Under the pieces are notes generated by a model. The model was not told the origin of the DNA. It was given only the letters and a program-made list of their open reading frames with translations, and ran no database searches. A DNA stretch of 46,583 bases from Treponema sp. UBA3819 (GTDB lineage Bacteria; Spirochaetota; Spirochaetia; Treponematales; Treponemataceae): contig DFDV01000173.1 of NCBI GenBank assembly GCA_002369025.1, positions 1 through 46,583 of the forward strand, in the 5' to 3' direction. Of this stretch, positions 26,914 to 36,441 are shown piece after piece. The translations under genes were made by a program, and so were the position numbers. The stretch's first letter is position 1. Each line of letters opens with the position of its first letter.

Positions 26914-28571
26914 GCAGCAGACGGTCTTTTAGCGTCCGTCTCAGACCCATCATTGTCGGCGAGGGAAAGTTCCGGAGAAACAATGACCTGCCAATCCCGT
27001 ACTCGTGACCAATATATTCCAGGAATTGTCACGCCATCCTCAGGATACTGGCGATACACGAGCCGGCCTGGCGTCGTTGGTAGACTAGGGTTTTCAAGCT
27101 TGTGGAGGAAATTTTTGAAGTCATAAAGATAGTTCTGTGCTTTTTCTTCATCAGTCTCACCTACTGCAGTTGCAAAAGACTCTCCCTGATTGTACAAAGA
27201 GAAAACGAATACACTATCAAACCCATCAGTAAGTGAATACAGAAAGCTTTTATTCTTATATGTGCTATTTTTAATTGTGCTTTCACCATTATTAAACTGT
27301 GTAAAAATTATTTCGTTTACCGTTCCGCCTGAAACTTTTGTTTCAGCATTAAAAAATGGCTGAATATGGTCTACCTGACCAACTTTCTGAAAAACATTCG
27401 GATCCGTACCATTAAAGTCGTGATCAGGGGCATTCAGCTTGAGCTTTCTATTCGATTCATTTTTGGGAGAACCATATGCAAAGCAAAAGCTTCCATGCAA
27501 AAAAAACGCTTTATTTTTCTGCTTGAATTCTTCACTTATGCCGTTTTCGTTGCTCGCATACCGATTCAACCCCAATAAATCAATGTTATATTTGTTTTTC
27601 AGTGCCTCATACACTTTTTGAGCATTTTCATATCCTTTTATGTTCCATGCTTCTGGCTCAACCAGTGAAGAGAATGTATGAAAGGCGGCTTTTGCGACTT
27701 TGAGCGACATCAAGTTTTTTGCGTATACCCACTGCTGTGTGAACTGCTTATATGTGGATTTGCCTGTTTTTGCAACGTCATAATACACCTTGACCGTTTT
27801 GGTCTCGCTCTTGATGGTAGTCTGCCCGGCTTTTTTTCCCGAATTGATAAATGAATCGAGACTAATCCAGTAAGAATTATCCTTGTAGTAAGGACCACCT
27901 GCCGGACGGACACAAATCCAATAGGTATCGTCAGAGTTCCGTTTGATGACATCGCCCGCATGGTAATAAGGCTTGCCCTTGTATTTGTTGCTGGCGTTGA
28001 TAAATTGCTCAACGATTGCTGCGGGAACAAACCTAAGCTGGGTAAGTTCTGGCATGACGGAGAGACTCACATCGAGCGTGGCATAGAGATCGTCGTTTCC
28101 AGTTACTTTTTTGAAAGTGAGGGTGCCGAGTCCGTCATAAGACCACTTGTAGGTGCCGTCTGTAAGGCTGTCTTCCGTAAGGTTCTCGCCGATGACACCA
28201 GAGAAGAATTCAAGGGCATCGCCAAAGCCGTTTACCGGGAGCGAGCGCACCTTGGGACTTGCTGTATCAAGGACAAAGCCCTGGTCGCAGGCAAATGTTA
28301 GATTGCTCCAATTGTCAGGCAGAGTTTCGATGCCGGAATAAGTGGTTGTTCCGCTTTCATCCGTATCAGCAACTGCATTTTCATCGTACTGGGTCAAGTC
28401 CGTAAGGGAGCGCAGCACGGTAAATGCCGCATCGTCAGCAGAATCAAAGGTTACGGTTTCCTTTGGTTCTTCCTCGGTGCTGTCGTCATCGTTCTTGCAG
28501 GCTGAAAAAAGCAAGGCGAACGCCGCAAATCCAAGTACCGCAAGCGCAGCAAGTTTTTTTGTCTTCTTCAT
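26859..28571 (-). CDS. hypothetical lipoprotein, paralog B (frameshifted near the C-terminus)
   Basis: Lipobox FSAC. Strong similarity to the 28611..30425 protein (ACKNDDDSTEE, WICVRPAGGP, KAAFHTF, FAYGSP, VIVSPEL). Confidence 0.85.
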   Translation of the reverse strand: MKKTKKLAALAVLGFAAFALLFSACKNDDDSTEEEPKETVTFDSADDAAFTVLRSLTDLTQYDENAVADTDESGTTTYSGIETLPDNWSNLTFACDQGFVLDTASPKVRSLPVNGFGDALEFFSGVIGENLTEDSLTDGTYKWSYDGLGTLTFKKVTGNDDLYATLDVSLSVMPELTQLRFVPAAIVEQFINASNKYKGKPYYHAGDVIKRNSDDTYWICVRPAGGPYYKDNSYWISLDSFINSGKKAGQTTIKSETKTVKVYYDVAKTGKSTYKQFTQQWVYAKNLMSLKVAKAAFHTFSSLVEPEAWNIKGYENAQKVYEALKNKYNIDLLGLNRYASNENGISEEFKQKNKAFFLHGSFCFAYGSPKNESNRKLKLNAPDHDFNGTDPNVFQKVGQVDHIQPFFNAETKVSGGTVNEIIFTQFNNGESTIKNSTYKNKSFLYSLTDGFDSVFVFSLYNQGESFATAVGETDEEKAQNYLYDFKNFLHKLENPSLPTTPGRLVYRQYPEDGVTIPGIYWSRVRDWQVIVSPELSLADNDGSETDAKRPSAAKKVYGRLCTGINSRRIL

Positions 28572-30362
28572 AAAAGACCCCCTGTGTGAAAGAGTGCGGA
28601 CATTTCTTTGTTACTCGTTTTCATCATGCCATGAAGTAAATTCATCATCTATATAGCGTGTGAAAGAGTTGGAAGTATCCCAGTAATCAAAATGGGCATT
28701 ACCTTTAAGCGCTTGATCTTCCCTCTGAACATACACAGATTCATAGAGTTTTGCATCCGGCTTTATTATATTCCCATTTTTGTCTTCGCCTTTGCTGTCT
28801 GTAATCCTAAGCTCAGGAGAAACTATGACATGAAAGTTAGCATTTTTATCCTTATAGCGATATCTATAATTGGCTGTCAAATCCGCTTTTTTTGCTGAAT
28901 CGTTTCTGGTGCTGCTATACTCAGTAAAAATTAAATCCTTTCCGTCAAATCCATGAAGATGGTCGGCATAATTATAACAAAACAACTCAGCGAAGCTGTC
29001 GGCATAGCCTTTTTCGTACAATATCTGCTGAGTTATAAGAGTTCCAGAAGGGGTCAGCAAAATAAGAACTCGTTTTGGATCTGCGCCTATTGAACTTAGA
29101 TATGTCTCATCATAAGAATCGGTAAGCGACAACATGAATTTCTTGTTTGTATGTTTGCTATAGGTAATGGTCGGAACAGTGATACTTGTATTGAGGTACT
29201 CCGTTATTCCATCGGTCTGACAGTAGCCAACAAAGAAAGGCTGTATACACTTTACCTGAGCGGCTTTTTTGAAAGAATCAAGGTCTTTCATCGCTTTTGG
29301 AAGGTTATTCAGGCTGAGCGTTCTGTTACTCTCATTTACAGGAGAACCATAGGCAAAAGCAAACATAACATCCCTATAGTATTCGCGAGATTTGGATGCA
29401 ACAGGACCGTCTTTACCATCTGACAACATGTGCAGTGCTTTTAAATCAATTCCATTTTCCTTCAATTTTTTGTATACATACTGAGCATATGCATACTCGG
29501 AACCATCATTCTCCTTAGCCCATGCAGCCTCGTTGGCCAGCGAAGCGAATGTATGGAAAGCGGCCTTTGCGGTTTTGAGCGTCATCAGTTTTTTTGCATA
29601 AGTCCATGTCTGCGAATATTTTTTGATGATTGTTGATTCGTCTTTTGCCTTGCCTGCGATAAAGTAAATGTCATAATCTTTCTGTGTAGTATCGATGATG
29701 CTTTTTCCTCCACTTCCGGTAGGGTTGAGACAAATCCAGTAACTATATTCCTTATGAAAGGGACCGCCTGCAGGACGAACACAAATCCAAAGAGTACCAT
29801 CTTTTTTCCTCTTGATAACATCGCCTGCACGGTAGTACGGGTCGCCATAGAATTTCTTGTTGTTGGATTCAAGCACCTTGTTAGCCGAAGCCTCGGAAAC
29901 AAAGCGAAGCTGCGTTAAGCCGGGCATTACGGAAAGTCTCACGTCAAGTGTGGCAAACAAGTCTTCGGTGCCAGTCACTTTTGTAAAGGTGAGCGAGCCA
30001 AGCCCAGAGTATGACCAAGCGTACCTGCCGTCAGTAAGGCTGGATTCCTTAAGGCTTTCACCGATAATGCTTGAGAAAAATTCAAGGGCTTCACCAAAGC
30101 CGCTTACTGGGAGCGAGCGAACCGTTTCCTTTGTCTCGTCAAGCACAAAGCCCTCATCGCAGGAGAATGTCTGTGTGTTCCAATCGTTAGGCAATGTTTC
30201 GATGCCTGAAACAGAACCGTCTTCATCAGTGACTTTTTCCGTGTCGTACTGGGTCAAGTCCGTAAGGGAACGGAGTACGGTAAATGCCGCATCGTCAACA
30301 GAGTCAAAGGTTACGGTTTCCTTGGGGTCTTCCTCGGTGCTGTCGTCATCGTTTTTACAGGC
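28384..30362. repeat. near-identical 5' segments of the tandem paralogs (28384-28502 and 30244-30362)
   Basis: About 119 bp of high nucleotide identity at a 1860-bp offset. Confidence 0.85.
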
Positions 30363-30425
30363 CGCAAGGGAACATGAGAGTGCTATTGCGAGGAGAAAGG
30401 ATAACAGGGGGGTAAATTTTTTCAT
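28611..30425 (-). CDS. hypothetical lipoprotein, paralog A
   Basis: Lipobox LAAC. ATG 30425 follows a GAAGGAG RBS. Confidence 0.88.
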   Translation of the reverse strand: MKKFTPLLSFLLAIALSCSLAACKNDDDSTEEDPKETVTFDSVDDAAFTVLRSLTDLTQYDTEKVTDEDGSVSGIETLPNDWNTQTFSCDEGFVLDETKETVRSLPVSGFGEALEFFSSIIGESLKESSLTDGRYAWSYSGLGSLTFTKVTGTEDLFATLDVRLSVMPGLTQLRFVSEASANKVLESNNKKFYGDPYYRAGDVIKRKKDGTLWICVRPAGGPFHKEYSYWICLNPTGSGGKSIIDTTQKDYDIYFIAGKAKDESTIIKKYSQTWTYAKKLMTLKTAKAAFHTFASLANEAAWAKENDGSEYAYAQYVYKKLKENGIDLKALHMLSDGKDGPVASKSREYYRDVMFAFAYGSPVNESNRTLSLNNLPKAMKDLDSFKKAAQVKCIQPFFVGYCQTDGITEYLNTSITVPTITYSKHTNKKFMLSLTDSYDETYLSSIGADPKRVLILLTPSGTLITQQILYEKGYADSFAELFCYNYADHLHGFDGKDLIFTEYSSTRNDSAKKADLTANYRYRYKDKNANFHVIVSPELRITDSKGEDKNGNIIKPDAKLYESVYVQREDQALKGNAHFDYWDTSNSFTRYIDDEFTSWHDENE

Positions 30426-30471
30426 AGAAAAACACACTCCTTCAGATTGTATAGTCTATATCTGAATAAAG

Positions 30472-30499
30472 ATTATAACATAAAATGTAATCTTGGCAA
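30472..30499 (-). promoter_or_regulatory. sigma70 promoter of the lipoprotein/MACPF locus
   Basis: TTGCCA, 16-nt spacer, TATAAT with TG extension, and upstream A-tracts. Confidence 0.7.
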
Positions 30500-30560
30500 G
30501 AATTTTTTTTGCAAAAAAGTCTTTTTTTTGTCATTTCTGTTTTTTTTTTGTATTTTTCCG

Positions 30561-33242
30561 CTATTGCGTTTCGCGCTGCTGCATCAGTCTGGCGTTGATG
30601 GCGGCAATGCGCTCGTACAGGGTAAAGAATGGGATTGCCCTTTGGGTGGCGAGGTTTTCTTCTGGGCGCAGGGCACGACGCTGTTCATCCAGGTGGGCAT
30701 TCATTTCGTCTGTCCAGCCGATGATGTCCGGCTTGGCGAGTGTCTGGATTTTGGTGATGGCAAGGAATTCGTAGATTTTTTTGCCAAAGAATGTCTCCAG
30801 CGCCCTGCGGAAGGGCTTGTCCTGCCTAAAGACGAGTTTTGCGGTCACTTTTGGCTTGTCTGACGTGTCGTCAAGGTCAAAGTGACAGAGTGAATCTTCC
30901 ACAAAGGGCTTTGCCTCTTCTGATGCAAAAAAGTCCCCCACTTCCCTCCCCGTCACGCCAAAAAAGCGGTATTCGTAGACGTTTCCCCAGAGGCCTGAAC
31001 TCAGGGATTCGCGGCGGCGTTGATTTGTGACGGGAAAGATAAAGCAGCGGGTAATCTTGATGCCGCGGACGAGGTTCTTGTTCAGTGCGTCCATAAAGTC
31101 CTGCTCGGAGACCGGGTCGTAGAGCACCGTGGATGCGATTTCATCGTGGGAGCGCACTCCCAGCGACAGTGTGGAGGCAAATTCAAGGCGCGGCAGGGGG
31201 TTAAAGCCGCTGGTGTAAATCACCGGCAGGTTTGACTTGAGGATGGCACGGTTGAAGATTTCAATCTGGCTGAGGTGGGAGATGAATTCGCCGCCGTTCA
31301 GCTTGGTAAAGGAAAAGACTGCGCGGTACATGACGGGAATGTTGCAGGTCTGATGAAAAGCCTGTTCCTTTTGTGCGGGAGGCCTGGTTTCCTTGTCCGC
31401 ATCCTGTGCAATCTTGTCGTTCCTGCAGGCGACCTTGTTATTGCATACGCCGCATTTGTGGTCGCAGTTTGGCGCGCATTTGGGGGTCAGTTCTTCCCGC
31501 TCGTTTTTCTGCCATTCTTTAAGGTAGAAATGTTTTGCAGGCCCCAGGGAAACTGAGTCCCAGGGAAGCGTCTCATCCTTTTTTCGCTCCCGCAGAATTT
31601 CTGCCTCTACGTCATAGCCCGCTTCTGCAAAGGCTTCTTCCCAGAGCGGCAGGTTTTTTCGCAGATGGTCTTCCCATGCATCCAGACGGCAGCCTTTTTT
31701 GTAGGCACTGTAGATAATCGCACCTGCCCGCCTGTCGCCGCGGGAAAGCAGGCCTTCCAGATAACTGGTGGATATGTCGTGGGTGCTTACCCGAAAGCGG
31801 CCCCGGGGAAGATGATCCCTGATGTAGGTAAGTTTTCGTTCTGATTCCTGGGGAGAAATCTGGCGTACCCACTGGTAAGGGGTATGAGGTTTGGGTATAA
31901 AGGTACCGACATTTACATTGCACTGAATGCGGGTTTTTTCCTGAATGTCCAGCAGAAAGTCTACGATGACGCTTTCCTCGGTTTTTTCTTCTGTTTCGGG
32001 AAATGGAAGTCCAACCATAAAATAAAATTTAGCCTTGTTCCAGCCGCGTTTTTTTGCCTCTGTAATGATGTCCACCAGGTGCTGGGCGTAGACTTCCTTG
32101 TTCAGCCTCAGCTGCCAGGCTTCTTCCGGTGTTTCAACGGCAAATGTCAGTCCGCTCTTTCTTACTTCGGAAAGCTGTTCCAGAATGGGAAGCGTAAATG
32201 AATTGACCTTAAGTGATGGAAGCTGAAAAGATACATTCTGATTTGCGTAGCGCAGGTTCAGTTCTTCCAGAAGACCGCCTATGTCCGGATAGTCTGCGGA
32301 AGAAAGTGATGTGAGGGAGATTTCCCGGTAGCCGGCTTCATTTACCAGGCGGTCAATTTCAGAAAAGATGAGTTCTCTGGATTTGATTCTCTGTGGGCGG
32401 TAGTAGATTCCTGCATGACAGAAACGGCAGCCGTTTGGACAGCCCCGCATGATTTCCACAACACCGTGGTCCTGTACCGGCTTGATGTTGGGAAGGGGCA
32501 TAAATGATTCTACGGATGGGACAAGGCCAAAGTTTTCCTGTATGGCGCGGCGGGCAAGAGTATGTCCGCACTCTTCCATAGTCATGTTTTCTGACCAGAC
32601 TGATGGGTGCCGCCTCAGTTCTTTCAGAAGTTCACTGCGCCCTGCCCCCGCTTTTTTCATCTTTCCCAGGTCTTCAATCAGGTCGAACATACCACCCTCT
32701 GCCTCTCCGATGAAAACTGCATCAAAGAAATCACAGAAAGCGGCTGGATTTGTTGCCCCGACTCCGCCTGCAATTACGATGGGATCTGACTCAGTGCGGT
32801 CTTTTTTGAGGACTGGAACTCCGCCCAGATCAAGAATGCTGAGTACGCCCGTAATGCCCAGTTCATAGCCGATGGAAAATCCAATCATGTCCACGGAAGA
32901 AAGTGGCATGCCGGTTTCCAGCGTATAGAGGGGAATAGATTTATTCTTCAGAAGATTTTCAAAATCTGTTTCTACGGCAAAGACTCGTTCGCAGCGGACT
33001 GATGGGCGTGCATTCAGACCATTGTAAATGATTTTAATTGCCTGATTGCTCATGCCGATTGAATAGACGTCAGGAAATGCAATGGCAAAATTAAAAAGGT
33101 CATCCCCCTTCCCGTTTTCAGCCTGATTTGAGTCTGCATGAGGCTTTATGATGGTACCGATTTCCCCGCCAATATAGGATGCCGGATTCTGAACGGCACA
33201 GAGTTCTGAACCAAAAACTTCCATGGGATTTATAACTTTCAT
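30561..33242 (-). CDS. TIGR03960-type radical SAM protein fused to TIGR03936/DUF2344 domain
   Basis: PASYIGGE, FPDVYSIGMSN, RGCPNGCRFC, FIPKPHTPYQW and C-terminal FISHL...YTSGFNPLPRLEFASTL. Confidence 0.9.
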   Translation of the reverse strand: MKVINPMEVFGSELCAVQNPASYIGGEIGTIIKPHADSNQAENGKGDDLFNFAIAFPDVYSIGMSNQAIKIIYNGLNARPSVRCERVFAVETDFENLLKNKSIPLYTLETGMPLSSVDMIGFSIGYELGITGVLSILDLGGVPVLKKDRTESDPIVIAGGVGATNPAAFCDFFDAVFIGEAEGGMFDLIEDLGKMKKAGAGRSELLKELRRHPSVWSENMTMEECGHTLARRAIQENFGLVPSVESFMPLPNIKPVQDHGVVEIMRGCPNGCRFCHAGIYYRPQRIKSRELIFSEIDRLVNEAGYREISLTSLSSADYPDIGGLLEELNLRYANQNVSFQLPSLKVNSFTLPILEQLSEVRKSGLTFAVETPEEAWQLRLNKEVYAQHLVDIITEAKKRGWNKAKFYFMVGLPFPETEEKTEESVIVDFLLDIQEKTRIQCNVNVGTFIPKPHTPYQWVRQISPQESERKLTYIRDHLPRGRFRVSTHDISTSYLEGLLSRGDRRAGAIIYSAYKKGCRLDAWEDHLRKNLPLWEEAFAEAGYDVEAEILRERKKDETLPWDSVSLGPAKHFYLKEWQKNEREELTPKCAPNCDHKCGVCNNKVACRNDKIAQDADKETRPPAQKEQAFHQTCNIPVMYRAVFSFTKLNGGEFISHLSQIEIFNRAILKSNLPVIYTSGFNPLPRLEFASTLSLGVRSHDEIASTVLYDPVSEQDFMDALNKNLVRGIKITRCFIFPVTNQRRRESLSSGLWGNVYEYRFFGVTGREVGDFFASEEAKPFVEDSLCHFDLDDTSDKPKVTAKLVFRQDKPFRRALETFFGKKIYEFLAITKIQTLAKPDIIGWTDEMNAHLDEQRRALRPEENLATQRAIPFFTLYERIAAINARLMQQRETQ

Positions 33243-33251
33243 GCTTACCCC

Positions 33252-34571
33252 TTATATTGATTCACTGAAATCGTAGCGGCGGAAGTTTATGCTCATCAAA
33301 AGCCCTACGCAAATCATGGCAGTCCACAGGGAAGAACCGCCGTAGCTCAAAAACAAAAGCGGAATACCTGTAATCGGCATGATACCCATAACCATGCCTG
33401 TATTGACGATAAAATGGAAAAAGAACATGCCCAGGATACCGGCGGCGATATAATGTCCGTATTCATTATTGGTTGCCCGGATGATAAAAATTGTTCTGAG
33501 CAGGATGACAAAGTAAAGGCCGAAGACAAGTGCCCCGCCGATAAAGCCCAGTTCTTCGGAAAGAATGCTGAAAATAAAGTCCGTACTCTGCTGGGGCAAA
33601 AAGCGGTAATGACTTTGGGTTCCCTGCAAAAAGCCCCGTCCCCATAAGCCGCCGGAACCGATGGCAATTTTAGACTGAATGATATTCCAGCCCGCACCCT
33701 GGGCGTCGGTATAGGGGTCAAGAAAGACGATAAGGCGTTTTATCTGGTAGTCCTTGAGGGCGTGACCTCCAAAGCGGGAGAAAACCAGTGCGCCGCAGAT
33801 GATGGCAAAAACATAGGTAATCCAGTAGTAGTATTTGTGGCGGAAAAAGACAAAACCTATGATACCGATAAGGGCAACTGCCGCCGTCGCAAGAATACAG
33901 ATGAGACGGAGTTTATCATTGGTAAAGATATTGATGATGCGGTAGGAATGGGACGCAATCTCACTCTGCCAGATGGGAAGTACCGTAAAAACTATGGTGA
34001 GCATACCGCCGCCCAAAAGGAGCAGCAGATACCGCAGGGGGACTCCCGCTACAAAACTCATAACCAGAAAAATAGGAATGTAAACACTCGCCGTACCCAA
34101 ATCCGGCTGCAGAAGAATCAGCCCCAGGGGCAAAAGCAGAATGCCTGTCGCAATTACAAATCGTCTTGCCGGAGGATCGGAGCGGGAGCGTTCCAGATAC
34201 CATGCCAGAAAGAGGATGAAGATAATCTTACAAAACTCGGAGGGCTGAATACCAAAGCCGCCAAAACCCAGCCAACTTCGTGCACCGTTTACATAGCGGC
34301 CAAAAATGCGGGTATATATCAATATGAAAACGAGGAATCCATATAAATAAGGAACGTAGCGGGATGTCTTTCTAAAATCAAAGGAAGCAGTCGCCAGCAT
34401 GAGAATCAGGCCTATTCCTGCCCAGATAATCTGCTTTATATATTCGTTTGAAACATTGAAGCCCTCTGAGTTAATGCCCGACGAATAGATAAAAAGCACG
34501 CCCATGGTTACAAGTGCGATGACACAGGCGAGAAGCACATAGTCAAATATCTGAAAAACCTTAACTTTCAT
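33252..34571 (-). CDS. rodA: rod shape-determining SEDS protein RodA
   Basis: GARSW, IQPSEFCK, QPDLGTA, TDFIFS and GIPLLFLSYGGSS; follows mrdA. Start placed at ATG 34571. Confidence 0.95.
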   Translation of the reverse strand: MKVKVFQIFDYVLLACVIALVTMGVLFIYSSGINSEGFNVSNEYIKQIIWAGIGLILMLATASFDFRKTSRYVPYLYGFLVFILIYTRIFGRYVNGARSWLGFGGFGIQPSEFCKIIFILFLAWYLERSRSDPPARRFVIATGILLLPLGLILLQPDLGTASVYIPIFLVMSFVAGVPLRYLLLLLGGGMLTIVFTVLPIWQSEIASHSYRIINIFTNDKLRLICILATAAVALIGIIGFVFFRHKYYYWITYVFAIICGALVFSRFGGHALKDYQIKRLIVFLDPYTDAQGAGWNIIQSKIAIGSGGLWGRGFLQGTQSHYRFLPQQSTDFIFSILSEELGFIGGALVFGLYFVILLRTIFIIRATNNEYGHYIAAGILGMFFFHFIVNTGMVMGIMPITGIPLLFLSYGGSSLWTAMICVGLLMSINFRRYDFSESI

Positions 34572-34572
34572 T

Positions 34573-36441
34573 TTATTCTGCCCTCGCCCTCGCTTTCTGG
34601 AGATATTTAAAGCCAAGTTCTGTTATGGCTTCATCGTAGGTCTGGTTCTGGAAAATGCCCTGGAAGATGATGTTTGTAGCATACGGAGCCCACCATTCCC
34701 ATTCATTTACCGCCTCAACAAGAACAACAACTACCAGCTGTTCCTCTACAGGTGCATCATAAGGACCGTATGCCACCATCCATGAGTGCCAGTGGTCTTT
34801 TTTTGCACCGTTTACTTCTGCGGTACCTGTTTTTCCCGCAAGCTTGATTTTTTTGTTGTTCATTGGGTACTGGGGAGTACCGTCCGTGATGACGTAGCGC
34901 AAATCCTGCTGAACTTCCTTCCAGACAGCCGCATCGATATTGGATTCATGCAAAACCTGCGGTTTTACTTCTTCTATGACGTCATTTGTCGCAGGGTCAC
35001 GCACTTCCTTGAGCAGGTGGGGACGGTAAATTTTTCCGCCGTTTACTACCATTGCCATCATGTTGGCTACGTGAAGGGGCGTTACCAGTGTATATCCCTG
35101 ACCGATAGACATGTTCATCGTATCGCCGCCCAGCCAGGTAGAATGATAGCGGCGTTCCTTCCACTGGGCAGTCGGTACAAAGCCGTCAGATTGAGCCGGT
35201 AAATCTATACCCAGAGACTGACCGAATCCGAATTCCTTGGAATATGATGAGATGCGTTCTACGCCAAGATTATCGCGGCCTGTTACCCAGAAGTATACGT
35301 CACAGGACTGGGCAAGAGCATTCTTTAAGTCAAGTTTTCCGTGTCCCCAGCGAACGTGGCAGTTAAACCGCCGTCCGCCATAATCAATGCGTCCGTTGCA
35401 TTCGATTTTCTTTTCTGAGGGGAAAGCATTTTCTGCAAGCAGGGCTGCCGCCATAATGGTTTTGAATGTGGAGGCAGGCGGATAGACCGCATTTACAGCC
35501 CGGTTCAAAAGCGGATTGTTGGGGCTTGTTGCCAGTTTGTTGTACTGGGCTGAAGCATCATCGTTGTTAAAAAGGTTCTGGTCGTAAAAAGGATAGGAAA
35601 CAAGAGCCAGAACTTCACCATTGGAAGGCTTAAGTACAACCGCCGCCCCTACCCGTTCTCCAAGTGTTTTTTCCACCAGAGTCTGTATACGGGTGTTAAT
35701 GGTAAGAACAAGATTTTTTCCCATTTGCGGCGGTTCAATAATGGGTCTGTCATCAATGATGTGTCCGCGTACATCAACGGTGCGGCTTTCCCGGCCAGGC
35801 ACGCCCTGAAGAAGTGAGTCATACTGCTTTTCAATACCAGTCTTACCGACGATTGCGTTTGCCTTGTAGCCGTGATTGTACATCACGTTGATTTCTTCTT
35901 TTGTGATGTCACCAACATAGCCGATGACATGGGAAATTGAACCCGTCTCAACATAGTTGCGGATTGGCTTTGACCGCCATGAAACTCCGGGCAGATCATT
36001 TATGTTTTCCGCAATGTCTGCAACCGTAGAAAATGGTATGTTTACGCGGATTTCAATCTGTGAATATGAGCGGCGCATTCTGGCAGGTACCTTGCGGTCG
36101 ATTTCCCGTTTAGTGATGCCTAGAAATTTTGCAAGCCTGTTTGCCACTGCGTCATAATGTCCGGAAGGAATTTCTGCCGGCGTCAAATCTATAGCGAATG
36201 AGTCCGTATTGGTAACGATGGGCAGGGGGTCGTTTTGAACGAAAATCTCTCCGCGCTGGGCAGGAATGGTATTTACCTGACTTGAAATAGTCCGGGACTG
36301 GCGCTGATATGTCTCGCCTTCCAGCCCCTGCAAGGTAAAGAGTCTGAGCGTATAGAGTGCAAACGTTACAAACACAATAAGCGTGAGGATGACAATTTTT
36401 CCGTTCCGAGCGACGGAATCGCTGTTCAACCCTCTTGCCAT
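34573..36441 (-). CDS. mrdA: penicillin-binding protein 2
   Basis: STFK (SxxK), SCD (SxN-like) and KTGT motifs, N-terminal TM helix, mre operon context. Confidence 0.95.
   Translation of the reverse strand: MARGLNSDSVARNGKIVILTLIVFVTFALYTLRLFTLQGLEGETYQRQSRTISSQVNTIPAQRGEIFVQNDPLPIVTNTDSFAIDLTPAEIPSGHYDAVANRLAKFLGITKREIDRKVPARMRRSYSQIEIRVNIPFSTVADIAENINDLPGVSWRSKPIRNYVETGSISHVIGYVGDITKEEINVMYNHGYKANAIVGKTGIEKQYDSLLQGVPGRESRTVDVRGHIIDDRPIIEPPQMGKNLVLTINTRIQTLVEKTLGERVGAAVVLKPSNGEVLALVSYPFYDQNLFNNDDASAQYNKLATSPNNPLLNRAVNAVYPPASTFKTIMAAALLAENAFPSEKKIECNGRIDYGGRRFNCHVRWGHGKLDLKNALAQSCDVYFWVTGRDNLGVERISSYSKEFGFGQSLGIDLPAQSDGFVPTAQWKERRYHSTWLGGDTMNMSIGQGYTLVTPLHVANMMAMVVNGGKIYRPHLLKEVRDPATNDVIEEVKPQVLHESNIDAAVWKEVQQDLRYVITDGTPQYPMNNKKIKLAGKTGTAEVNGAKKDHWHSWMVAYGPYDAPVEEQLVVVVLVEAVNEWEWWAPYATNIIFQGIFQNQTYDEAITELGFKYLQKARARAE

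Noticed and set aside
26900-26916. Programmed -1 ribosomal frameshift at A-AAA-AAA-G
   Set aside because: The homologous tail is in the +1 frame, so a -1 shift would not reach it.
23967-30425. Diversity-generating retroelement targets
   Set aside because: No reverse transcriptase and no template/variable repeat pair differing only at adenines in this window.
29857-30465. 202-aa Ser-rich plus-strand ORF and its counterpart at 28342..28656
   Set aside because: Antisense shadows of the duplicated lipoprotein 5' ends.
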